Source: Patescibacteria group bacterium
GTDB taxonomy: Bacteria; Patescibacteriota; Microgenomatia; Levybacterales; UBA12049
DNA: 64,000 bases
Assembly (NCBI GenBank): GCA_038062115.1
Contig: JBBTXS010000009.1
Coordinates: 27,681 to 91,680 of the forward strand
Reading direction: 5' to 3'
Each line of letters begins with the position of its first letter. Position 1 is the stretch's first letter. The notes beneath the pieces were generated by a model. It saw only the letters and a list, made by a program, of their open reading frames with translations. It was not told the origin of the DNA and made no database searches. The position numbers and the translations under genes are program-made. Below are positions 52,767 through 60,976 of the stretch, in pieces.

Positions 52767-53825
52767 CTATTTCAATACACGATATCGTGTACTTCTTCCA
52801 AGACCCAGTCGTTGGATTTTCTTAAGTCTTAAAAGCTTATTGAGTACTTGGTTTACCGTTGGACGAGCAACATGTGCGTTTTTGGCAATTTCGGCTGGAG
52901 CAGATTCTTCTGCTTTTTGCAAATATTCCCATACTGCAAGCTGTTTTTGGGAGAGAAGCTTTTCAACACTTTCTTCGGAAAGAAAATCAACTGCTATTTG
53001 TGACTGTTTAAGTATTACATTTAAGAAAAAGCTCAGCCAAGGAATAATACCTTCTCTATCAGTGCCGAATGTATTTTGACTTTTTCGCAAAGCCATATAG
53101 TATGCGGGCTTATTATCTTCGATAAGCTTTTCGTGAGAAACATAAGGTGTGTAGAAATACTCCTCCTTGAGGAGTAAAAGATTGGTAAGAATGCGCGAAA
53201 GACGCCCATTTCCATCTTGAAAAGGGTGGATCTTGAGAAATTCCACAAGAAAATTGCCTATTATAAGAAGTGGATGATATTTGCGTTTTTGAAGAGCAGC
53301 TTGGGTCCATTCAACAAGTTCTTGCATCTCTTTTGGAGTAAGATATGCTGGCGTGGTATCAAACAATACTCCTACAGATTGACCTGCATCGTTTACCATA
53401 AACACTTTGTTCTCTTGTTTTTTATACTCGCCTCTGTGTCTTACATCTTTTAAGACATACTTTAAGAGCTCTTTGTGCAAATGCTTTATCGTATTTTCTG
53501 AAAATTTAATCTGTTGCCATGAATCAAAAGCGTTTTGCAAAAGCTCATAATAACTTCTTACTTCCTGTTTATCGCGATCAGGAAATCTTTGAATTTGAAT
53601 TCCTCTCATGAGTTTTTCAATATCTTCATCAGAAAGCCTAGCCCCCTCAATACGAGTAGAGGCACCAGTTGAAGTAACCAAAACAGACCTTTTAAGCCTA
53701 CCAAGAACCTGCGGATTTAATTTTGCACCGCCTATCCATTGGCCTTTGAGTTGGTCAATTTGAGCGATGAGGGTCCAAATCTTTTGAGGAATATTTTGCA
53801 ATCGCTTATCAAATCGATGCTCCAT
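52767..53825 (-). CDS. Fic/DOC family protein with C-terminal winged-helix domain
   Basis: Fic motif HPFQDGNGRLSRIL and a C-terminal wHTH-like AEIAKNAHVARPTVNQVLNKLL. Confidence 0.85.
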   Translation of the reverse strand: MEHRFDKRLQNIPQKIWTLIAQIDQLKGQWIGGAKLNPQVLGRLKRSVLVTSTGASTRIEGARLSDEDIEKLMRGIQIQRFPDRDKQEVRSYYELLQNAFDSWQQIKFSENTIKHLHKELLKYVLKDVRHRGEYKKQENKVFMVNDAGQSVGVLFDTTPAYLTPKEMQELVEWTQAALQKRKYHPLLIIGNFLVEFLKIHPFQDGNGRLSRILTNLLLLKEEYFYTPYVSHEKLIEDNKPAYYMALRKSQNTFGTDREGIIPWLSFFLNVILKQSQIAVDFLSEESVEKLLSQKQLAVWEYLQKAEESAPAEIAKNAHVARPTVNQVLNKLLRLKKIQRLGLGRSTRYRVLK

Positions 53826-53836
53826 AGTCGTTTAAG

Positions 53837-53873
53837 AATCTTATATTTTAACTATATAAGATTATATAAGATT
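53837..53873. promoter_or_regulatory. Inverted plus tandem repeat upstream of fic (candidate operator)
   Basis: AATCTTATAT (53837-53846), a 7-nt spacer, ATATAAGATT (53854-53863), and a second ATATAAGATT at 53864-53873. Confidence 0.4.
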
Positions 53874-53906
53874 TCTATATCAAAATCTATTGCTTATTTA
53901 CGTCTT

Positions 53907-54557
53907 TTATGGGACAAACCGAAACGTGGAGAGGATTTGGTTGTGAAGATCTTTTTCATCTACGCTCGTACGAATTTCATAAAGAAGACCATTATTTGCG
54001 AATAGCGTGTAAAGGTATCCATACCTATCCGTGAGTTGGGTAGCCCTTCTATCATCGACGAATAGTTGATGTTTCTCAAAATCTTCCGTATAGTCATCCC
54101 AAAGATCAGCAATACGCTTATTGAGTGTTTTATTTTTGATAATACCAATCTTGACAAGCAGACCTTGGCACTCATCCCCTCCTGATATCAACATGTATAG
54201 TGCATATGTATAGTAGTACATATCACCTTCACAAAGAAAATTCGGGCCCTCCATTACGTCAAGTTTGCGAAGTTTCCCCCAAAGATCTGTTGTTCGTGGA
54301 TACTTTACCTCAAACCCAAACTCATCGTTTCGGTAGGTTTGCCAGCCCTGCAAATTCTGTTCTTGCAGCTTCTCTCTAATTTCGTTCGTCACGATTGGCT
54401 GGGGCTGTGGTGATGCTATCTGTGGCTTTGGTATTAGTACGTCTTTTTCTATCAGCCAGCTAACATACAATAAAATCGCACCAGCTAAAAGAACAAGAAT
54501 GGTAACAACTGTGATATATTTCCAATTTGTTTTAAGAGAGTTATCAACAAGTTTCAT
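53907..54557 (-). CDS. Family member B: membrane-anchored secreted protein (W-Q-T-Y-R-N-D-E-F-G-F-E...ILSTFRFVP)
   Basis: KTNWKY + TM, Pro-rich linker, conserved N-block and C-block, unique core. The start overlaps the HEPN stop (ATGA). Confidence 0.7.
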   Translation of the reverse strand: MKLVDNSLKTNWKYITVVTILVLLAGAILLYVSWLIEKDVLIPKPQIASPQPQPIVTNEIREKLQEQNLQGWQTYRNDEFGFEVKYPRTTDLWGKLRKLDVMEGPNFLCEGDMYYYTYALYMLISGGDECQGLLVKIGIIKNKTLNKRIADLWDDYTEDFEKHQLFVDDRRATQLTDRYGYLYTLFANNGLLYEIRTSVDEKDLHNQILSTFRFVP

Positions 54558-54952
54558 TCTATTTTCTCCAGCACAAAATCTTTCACACGAAGCGCTGCTT
54601 GGTATGCTTCTTTGGCGTCTTGCATGGAAAATGTTGGATAGTCGCCAGGATAACGGGTAGTCACATAAAAGTCATTAAGGAATACGGCGTCCTTTTTAAG
54701 ATCTTCAAAAGAAGAGTCAATTTTATTGCAGAGTTCCCACAAAGCATCAAGAGCGTGAACTTTCGGATACCATTTCTTCTTGTTAACAAGAAATGCCTTG
54801 AGATACTTTTCTCCCATTTGCTGACAAAGAAAACAGGCAGTATTAGGCGCTCCTCCTTCCTTAAAGATTGCCTCAAGAGAAAGCTCGTCGTCATCTGCCC
54901 TTTTGATCCATTCCTCTGTTTGAAGGTCTATTTGCGTATTCCTATTGCTCAT
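54554..54952 (-). CDS. HEPN domain protein (partner of the upstream NTase)
   Basis: HEPN-like helices including the LNDFYVTTRYP motif (R-x4-6-H-region analogue RYPGDY). Overlaps the NTase gene end. Confidence 0.7.
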   Translation of the reverse strand: MSNRNTQIDLQTEEWIKRADDDELSLEAIFKEGGAPNTACFLCQQMGEKYLKAFLVNKKKWYPKVHALDALWELCNKIDSSFEDLKKDAVFLNDFYVTTRYPGDYPTFSMQDAKEAYQAALRVKDFVLEKIE

Positions 54953-55271
54953 AAAGAACTTGCCCTTTTTCCATAATTTCACGAACAAAAAAGTCGCCTA
55001 TTGCAAGTCTTCTGTCTAGCTCTTTTGGGGTATAAATTAAGAGATCCATCGGTAGAAAGTTATTTCCTATAAGTTTCATGCGTAGCTCTCGCATCCTGTC
55101 AATTTGTCTCTTCCTGCTTTCTTTGACAATAAATAAATCCACATCGCTGTCAGTATGAGGTTTTCCCCATGCATACGAGCCGAAAAGAATAATTTTCTCT
55201 GGCTTGTAGTCTTTTACTATTTTTTCTGTCAACTCTTTGATTTTGGAAGGAAAAGTCTTTGTCATACACAT
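54942..55271 (-). CDS. Minimal nucleotidyltransferase (MNT-type)
   Basis: FGSYAWGKPHTDSDVDLFIV NTase motif. 109 aa. Confidence 0.8.
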   Translation of the reverse strand: MCMTKTFPSKIKELTEKIVKDYKPEKIILFGSYAWGKPHTDSDVDLFIVKESRKRQIDRMRELRMKLIGNNFLPMDLLIYTPKELDRRLAIGDFFVREIMEKGQVLYEQ

Positions 55272-55282
55272 ATCTTACCACA

Positions 55283-56233
55283 TCAGTCCACAAACCGAAA
55301 TGTGGAGAGGATTTGCTGTGTTACATCCTCGAAATCTCCTGAAGGATCTTGAATTTGAAAGATTGCAAGGCCTCCTGTTTGCGGATCATATATTGCATGG
55401 CTTGGCATAAACACACCACTGAGCAGAGCACCGCTTCCCGAAGTCCACCTAGAATTTCTAAAGTATACGTATTGAACTTTTCCATAAGATTCTTTTAAAT
55501 ATTCTTCTGCAAATGTTCTTTTGCCCAGCTCATCCTCTGTTTCTATAGTTGCTAATACTTCTTGTTTGTTTTTATAACCATCTGAATATACTGCGACGAA
55601 TATCCTTAATCCGTTCATATTTCCCCTCTCAAACTTCGGATCAAACTTATCGTAATTCATGATATCAAATGTCAGATCGGTTCGAGGAAAAAACATAAAC
55701 TGATTTGGATACCTCACCTCAAAGCCAAACTCCTCGTTGCGGTAGATACGCCAATTTGAAGTATCTGTCAACGAAGGCTCTGCACTTAAGACGCAGTGAT
55801 TGCTTATGCAGCGAGGATATGGTGTCTCGCATAAAAAATCGCAAACTGGTCCTTGGTAATTCTTACATACATAAGCGTAATCCTCTTCGTATATCTTCTG
55901 ATATGCTTTATTGACAGATGTGCCACACGAACAATCACTACATGCTGTCCCAACCCTTAAACAATCAGCATCAACAGCACATGATTGATCTTCCTGTTGA
56001 ATCACAAGTCCTTTGCTTTTTAGTTTTTCTCGTAACTGGACTCGTGTGTCACAGAAATCAAAGCTACAAAGATACTCATACGTCAAGATTCCTGCGGCGG
56101 AAAGAACGACGGCAATGAATACAACAATCGCAAAAAACTTCCAACTCCGCACTGAGCCTGCCGAAGTGTTTGTTTTGATTATCGCCTTGCTTTCCGTCTT
56201 TTCTTGTATGGGTTGTTGGTTTTGCTGTTCCAT
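55283..56233 (-). CDS. Family member C with a Cys-rich insert before the conserved N-block
   Basis: MEQQNQQPIQEK..., TM, a Cys-rich region of roughly 110 aa, then WRIYRNEEFGFEVRYP ... ILSTFRFVD. Confidence 0.7.
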   Translation of the reverse strand: MEQQNQQPIQEKTESKAIIKTNTSAGSVRSWKFFAIVVFIAVVLSAAGILTYEYLCSFDFCDTRVQLREKLKSKGLVIQQEDQSCAVDADCLRVGTACSDCSCGTSVNKAYQKIYEEDYAYVCKNYQGPVCDFLCETPYPRCISNHCVLSAEPSLTDTSNWRIYRNEEFGFEVRYPNQFMFFPRTDLTFDIMNYDKFDPKFERGNMNGLRIFVAVYSDGYKNKQEVLATIETEDELGKRTFAEEYLKESYGKVQYVYFRNSRWTSGSGALLSGVFMPSHAIYDPQTGGLAIFQIQDPSGDFEDVTQQILSTFRFVD

Positions 56234-56260
56234 ATATGTGCACACCTTCCATGTTCAGAG

Positions 56261-56521
56261 TCAGGTGGCAGACTGCGCTCTTTTAGCTTTACCTTTTTTA
56301 ATCTCTGCCTTTATTTCTTTAAAAAATTTGTCCACCATTTTCCTCATGGTTTCAGCTGAAATATACTTATACATATCATGATTGTATCTACCAAAGAAGT
56401 CAAACCTTCTGCCAGCTCCTAATTCTTTTGTCCATTCAGTATAGGCCTGATGTATCCATTGTTCAGCTTTTTCCTTCTCCCCAAAAGCTGAATACCATCC
56501 AGCGTAGGCGGCAAAACGCAA
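56261..56521 (-). CDS. Hypothetical small protein (only a TTG start is available)
   Basis: 86-aa ORF with a Lys-rich tail and no ATG start. May be truncated. Confidence 0.3.
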   Translation of the reverse strand: MRFAAYAGWYSAFGEKEKAEQWIHQAYTEWTKELGAGRRFDFFGRYNHDMYKYISAETMRKMVDKFFKEIKAEIKKGKAKRAQSAT

Positions 56522-56544
56522 GGAACACGAACTTTACTTAGTTT

Positions 56545-57009
56545 TTATCTTTCGCCATTTAATAATCTCTCAAATGCCTCGAGATTTCCCATCGCGTCGT
56601 TCACCGGATTGTGATCGTGCGGTGTAATACGCAATTTCTTCCACGAGTTTGAATTGTTAAAATCTCCCGTAAGGCCAGCGTAAAAATCGCCTATCCTCCT
56701 TGCCGAGTGGCCGAATGGGTTTTTGCCGATTGTTCTCCAGAAACCATCATTGATCCATTGCCAATCAAAGGCAGGGTTATCGCTCACGAAAATCGGCCTT
56801 TCTCCCTTTGTGATATCCGCAATCCACTTGTCGAATTTCTCAAAAACCTCCTTTTCCTTCGCAGGGTTCTTATCGACCAGTATTCCATGAAATGTCACCC
56901 TTGAGGGATACGCCACAGCACCGAATTCTGTCATCCTTCCCGTGCTCGGAGATTTGCCATCTGCCTCGCAATCTACAAAGATTAAGTTTTTGATATTCTC
57001 ATTTACCAT
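56545..57009 (-). CDS. DEDDh-type 3'-5' exonuclease domain protein
   Basis: ExoI FVDCEADG, ExoII SDNPAFDWQWI, ExoIII HDHNPVNDAMGNLEAF. Confidence 0.7.
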   Translation of the reverse strand: MVNENIKNLIFVDCEADGKSPSTGRMTEFGAVAYPSRVTFHGILVDKNPAKEKEVFEKFDKWIADITKGERPIFVSDNPAFDWQWINDGFWRTIGKNPFGHSARRIGDFYAGLTGDFNNSNSWKKLRITPHDHNPVNDAMGNLEAFERLLNGER

Positions 57010-57086
57010 ATTCTCTGCTCACTCTTGACATTCCTTAGCCAAGACATCATTTACTCCACAAACCCCGAAGTAGAAGCTTCGCTTCA

Positions 57087-57770
57087 CTACGGGGTAAACC
57101 GAAACGTGGAGAGGATTTGGTTGAAGGTATCTACATCTTCCTGCTTAGCAATGTTGTCTGTCTTGAGAACAAAGGTCAATACAGGCCTTTTCTTCATAAA
57201 CATCACGCGTTCGTTGAAGATAAACGGTGGAACATTTGGTATGCCGCTCAAAAGATTTGCAGTGTATCGAATAGCTGGAATGCCTGCAATTTCGACATTT
57301 TCAACTTTCGTGTACTGAACACCGAATCTATCAGTAAAAGTACTGCCTGGGCCCTGATCTTTCAGCGCAAAATATACCCCAAGAAAATCTTTCTCGTACC
57401 GAAGTGAAATCTCCACAGCAACATAAGAGCCACCTTGCTTCTCAAACCGCACAAGGTTTGTTTGTGTCTGCGCTTTCCAACCTTCGGGATACTTCACCTC
57501 AAACCCAAACTTGCCGTTTCGGTAGGTTTGCCAGCCTTCGACGGAGTTTATCCCGAGCGGAGTCGAGGGGCTCAGGGCAGGGATGGGGGTGTCGAGAGTT
57601 TGCGGCTGTGGTGATGGCGGAGGAAGTTGCTGCGTTCTCAACAGCAAAATCCCGCCGACGACAAGGGTTGTGGCGACGATCGCAACAATCGCAATAAATT
57701 TCCAGTTTGTTTTGATTGGGGGTTTGCTTTGTATTTTCTCTTGAATAGGTTGTTGGTTTTGTTGTTCCAT
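57087..57770 (-). CDS. Family member D
   Basis: MEQQNQQPIQEK...KTNWKF + TM, Pro-rich linker, WQTYRNGKFGFEVKYP ... ILSTFRFTP. Confidence 0.7.
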   Translation of the reverse strand: MEQQNQQPIQEKIQSKPPIKTNWKFIAIVAIVATTLVVGGILLLRTQQLPPPSPQPQTLDTPIPALSPSTPLGINSVEGWQTYRNGKFGFEVKYPEGWKAQTQTNLVRFEKQGGSYVAVEISLRYEKDFLGVYFALKDQGPGSTFTDRFGVQYTKVENVEIAGIPAIRYTANLLSGIPNVPPFIFNERVMFMKKRPVLTFVLKTDNIAKQEDVDTFNQILSTFRFTP

Positions 57771-57777
57771 ATTGCTT

Positions 57778-58875
57778 TTATTGCGTTGATGCATCTTTCT
57801 TGCAAATAAAGTCCGTAGTCGTACGCGGATCGGTTGTCCAGTTGGGAGTCTTCTCGCCCCTATTTATAGAATCGTACTTCCCTGCACAACTATAGCAGTT
57901 TGCAGGATCACTAACAGAGCAAACGTTGTACGAACAAGGTGTATTGCTCCCACATCCCAGAAATCCCCAATTCCATTGGGCTTGAGATGTTAGTTCCACA
58001 AACCGAAACGTGGAGAGGATTTGCTTAAGAATGCGGTGGTCTGGTTCGTCGTCCGCGTTATAGTCAGAATCTGTCCAATTTTTGCCAGAGCGCGTAAAAC
58101 CCCTAAGCATAAACTCAATGATACGACTATTTTTATCATCCACCGTATAATAGCGTACGCCGTACTGCCCTTCAAAAAGATAATTGTTGATATAGTAAAA
58201 TGAATTATTCCCAAAATTCCTTTTCAGGAACTCGAAGGACTTGCTAGGAAATGCTTGTTCAAATTGTTTTATAGACATTCCTGATTCTTCTACAGAGGTA
58301 TACTCTTTCAATATATCTTCAACGGTATCTTCCCCCTCCATAGCAATTACAAGAATTACCATCGTCTCAAAGTCTTTCAGATTAGCATCTTTCGTAGTAA
58401 AGAATCCAATGGTTCCATTTGGCCATTCGCCCAATTCCCACTGACTTGCTGGATACTCCAATTCAAACCCAAACTCATCGTTGCGGTAGGTTTGCCAGTT
58501 TGAAGTGTCGGCGTTTTCATTTTCTTCTTTTTTGATTTGTGGGGCTAGTGTAGGATTGACAATAGTTGTTTGCGATTGTTCGATAGGACGACCAGATATC
58601 TAATTAGGATGTAGTTGTTGCCATAATGATACACCTAAATGCCAGCCTTTGATAGGACAATTTACTGCACCAGCCTTGCACAATGCGTTTTGACTTTGGT
58701 AATAAGGAAACGGTGTAAAAAATAACAATGTTATTCCAACTAAAAATAAAATTATAAACAAAATAATCTTACGTTTTTTGGAATGAGATTGGATAGAACT
58801 AGATGATTCAGGCGAAGGGTTAGAAGAAACTTGCGGTTCTGATTGATACATTGTTTTCTGACTTTGATTATCCAT
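57778..58875 (-). pseudogene. Family member E interrupted by one in-frame TAG; carries a C-terminal Cys-rich extension
   Basis: ORF 58603-58875 (TM-containing N-terminus), TAG at 58600-58602, and ORF 57778-58599 (NWQTYRNDEFGFELEYP...ILSTFRFVE + 72 aa) are in one frame. No ATG lies downstream of the TAG. Confidence 0.6.
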
Positions 58876-58921
58876 GTAAACAACATCTTATTTCTCAAAT
58901 CTTTTGTCAATAAGCGTATGT

Positions 58922-59042
58922 GTAACCGTTCAGGATTTGTCAACATATTCCTTGTCATTCCCATGAAAATGGGAATCTATACAAATAATTTTCTGGATTC
59001 CCGCTTTCGCGGGAATGACATTGGAAACTCCTGAACGGTTAC
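58922..59042. mobile_element. MITE with perfect 14-bp TIRs and an 8-bp target-site duplication
   Basis: TIR GTAACCGTTCAGGA (58922-58935) / TCCTGAACGGTTAC (59029-59042). Flanking GCGTATGT at 58914-58921 and 59043-59050. The core is a GTCATTCCC...GGGAATGAC double hairpin. Confidence 0.85.
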
Positions 59043-59107
59043 GCGTATGTTTATTGTAAAAGCTAGTGTCTGTATGTTATATTTGTAGACAATCTATCTT
59101 GCTTAAT

Positions 59108-59980
59108 ATGAAAAAAGTCTTTGTGTTGATTGCCCCACTTTTTATAGCAATAATTGTTTTTGTGACAGTTACTTATTTTTTAAATAAAAATTCAGGCAAA
59201 GGGGCTTTACAGGTAACCTCTGTTCCACAAAGCAATGTCTATCTTAATGGAAAACTAATTGGAAAAACACCACTTTGTATAGGAACAGAAGGGTGCAAAA
59301 CACAAGACATGCTATCAATTGGAGAATATTCAATTAAGCTTGATCCGCTTGAAGGAGACTATACACCATATGATGCAAAAATATCTATAAACAAATCCAC
59401 TCTTACTGTTGTTGATAGAACATTTTTAATCGGCGCATCATCCAGTGGAAGCGTTATAACGCTAACTCCTATTTCCGACAAAAAAGACGCACAGCTTTTG
59501 GTTATTTCTCTGCCGACTTATGGCAATGTATTTTTAGATAGCAACCAAGTTGGAATTACCCCACTTTTGCTTAAAAATCTAACAGAATCAGATCACGATT
59601 TACACATTACAAAAGATGGATACTCTGATAAACTTATTAAAATTAGAACTGCTTTGGGATACAAGTTAACATCTTTAGTTTTTCTTGGAGTAAATCCCAA
59701 TTTTGCAAGTATTTCGGGAGAGCTTCAGATCAAGACTCAAAATACTACTGAAAAAGCAACAAAATCTGCCACTGCATCTTCTCCCAAAATAGTAATTCTT
59801 AATACCCCAACTGGATTTTTAAGAGTGAGAGAGGAGGGGTCAATCAGTTCTTTGGAAATAGCTAGAGTTTTTCCTGGCGAGGTGTATACATTTATTGATG
59901 AAAAAGATGGTTGGTTTAAAATAAAAACTAAAAATGACAAAATAGGTTGGGTAAGCGCTCAATACGCAAAAAAAGAGTAA
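59108..59980 (+). CDS. Membrane-anchored PEGA-domain protein with C-terminal SH3b domain
   Basis: Two PEGA-like repeats (VYLNGKLIGKTPL...; VFLDSNQVGITPLLLKNL..HDLHITKDGY) and an SH3_3-like end (GWFKIKTKNDKIGWVSAQY). Confidence 0.65.
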   Translation: MKKVFVLIAPLFIAIIVFVTVTYFLNKNSGKGALQVTSVPQSNVYLNGKLIGKTPLCIGTEGCKTQDMLSIGEYSIKLDPLEGDYTPYDAKISINKSTLTVVDRTFLIGASSSGSVITLTPISDKKDAQLLVISLPTYGNVFLDSNQVGITPLLLKNLTESDHDLHITKDGYSDKLIKIRTALGYKLTSLVFLGVNPNFASISGELQIKTQNTTEKATKSATASSPKIVILNTPTGFLRVREEGSISSLEIARVFPGEVYTFIDEKDGWFKIKTKNDKIGWVSAQYAKKE

Positions 59981-60031
59981 GTTTATCCGTAGGTGACCTC
60001 CTAATCTACCCCGAGGGTGTACGAGGACCTA

Positions 60032-60976
60032 TTATGGGCTTATGAAGTAGATAATTATGACAAGTAAGATTATCCAGATAAGCACAGTTGCCAATAAGGG
60101 TTTGTCAGACAACAATACTCTTTCTGGGCTTTCGCCTTCGCGCTTTTCGTAAATGTCTTGTAGATATCTCATCAGACCATAAACGACTGGCCCAATAGTA
60201 ATCATGAGCCATTTTCTTTGGAAAAATTCTGGCAGAAAATCTGGGAACAGGATACTAATGCCTAGTTTAAATCCTTTCGGATTCTCTAAAAAGGTAAAAA
60301 GAGAGTACGATATAAAGGTTGAGGTTGCAAAAATGGAGGCATAAACATCAAGAAGTCTTTCTGAGTAATGGGACAAAGATTTTCTTACCGCTCCAATATT
60401 TACATCTTTATTTGTAGAAAGAAGGGTCAGTTCGGATCTTCTTTTGCCAATTGCCAAAAATAGAGAAACAGAGATTACTGTTAGTAGCAACCAAACCGAA
60501 ATATGAAATCCCGAAGCTGCTTCTCCTGCATAAACTCTTAAAATATATCCACTTGCTATGGCTAAGATATCTACAATAGCAATACTTTTTAGGAATATAG
60601 AATAGAGTAGCTGAACCAATAAATACACAATTGCCAGTATAAAAAATCCAAGGTTCACAAATAAGCCCAAAAACAAAGAGACTACTATTAACACTAAGGC
60701 TATTATAAAAGCAAGGAATATAGGTATATCTCTGTTGGCCAAAGGCCGAAATCTTTTAAAAGGATGGAGCCTGTCTTTTTTTATATCAAAAGCGTCATTG
60801 ATTATATAGGTAGCAGATGACAGCATACAAAAAACAATAAATGCAAAGAGCACTTTTTGAAAAATCGTAAGAGTAAAAAGTTCTCCAGAAAAAGTTATAG
60901 CAGCAAAAATGGCAAAGTTCTTAATCCATTGCCTTACCCTAACAAGTTTTAACAGACTAATTAATCTATTTATCAT
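60032..60976 (-). CDS. UbiA-family prenyltransferase, decaprenyl-phosphate phosphoribosyltransferase-like
   Basis: VRVRQWIKNFAIFA and YIINDAFDIKKDRLHPFKRFRPLA are hallmarks of the DPPR synthase subgroup. Confidence 0.7.
   Translation of the reverse strand: MINRLISLLKLVRVRQWIKNFAIFAAITFSGELFTLTIFQKVLFAFIVFCMLSSATYIINDAFDIKKDRLHPFKRFRPLANRDIPIFLAFIIALVLIVVSLFLGLFVNLGFFILAIVYLLVQLLYSIFLKSIAIVDILAIASGYILRVYAGEAASGFHISVWLLLTVISVSLFLAIGKRRSELTLLSTNKDVNIGAVRKSLSHYSERLLDVYASIFATSTFISYSLFTFLENPKGFKLGISILFPDFLPEFFQRKWLMITIGPVVYGLMRYLQDIYEKREGESPERVLLSDKPLLATVLIWIILLVIIIYFISP

Noticed and set aside
52478-58875. Diversity-generating retroelement explaining the variable cores of the paralog cluster
   Set aside because: No reverse transcriptase, no template/variable repeat pair, and the cores differ completely rather than at adenine-specific positions.
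1394-59042. CRISPR array formed by the recurring palindromic repeats
   Set aside because: Copies are dispersed singly over 58 kb with no regular repeat-spacer periodicity, differ in length (45-91 bp) and have no adjacent cas genes.
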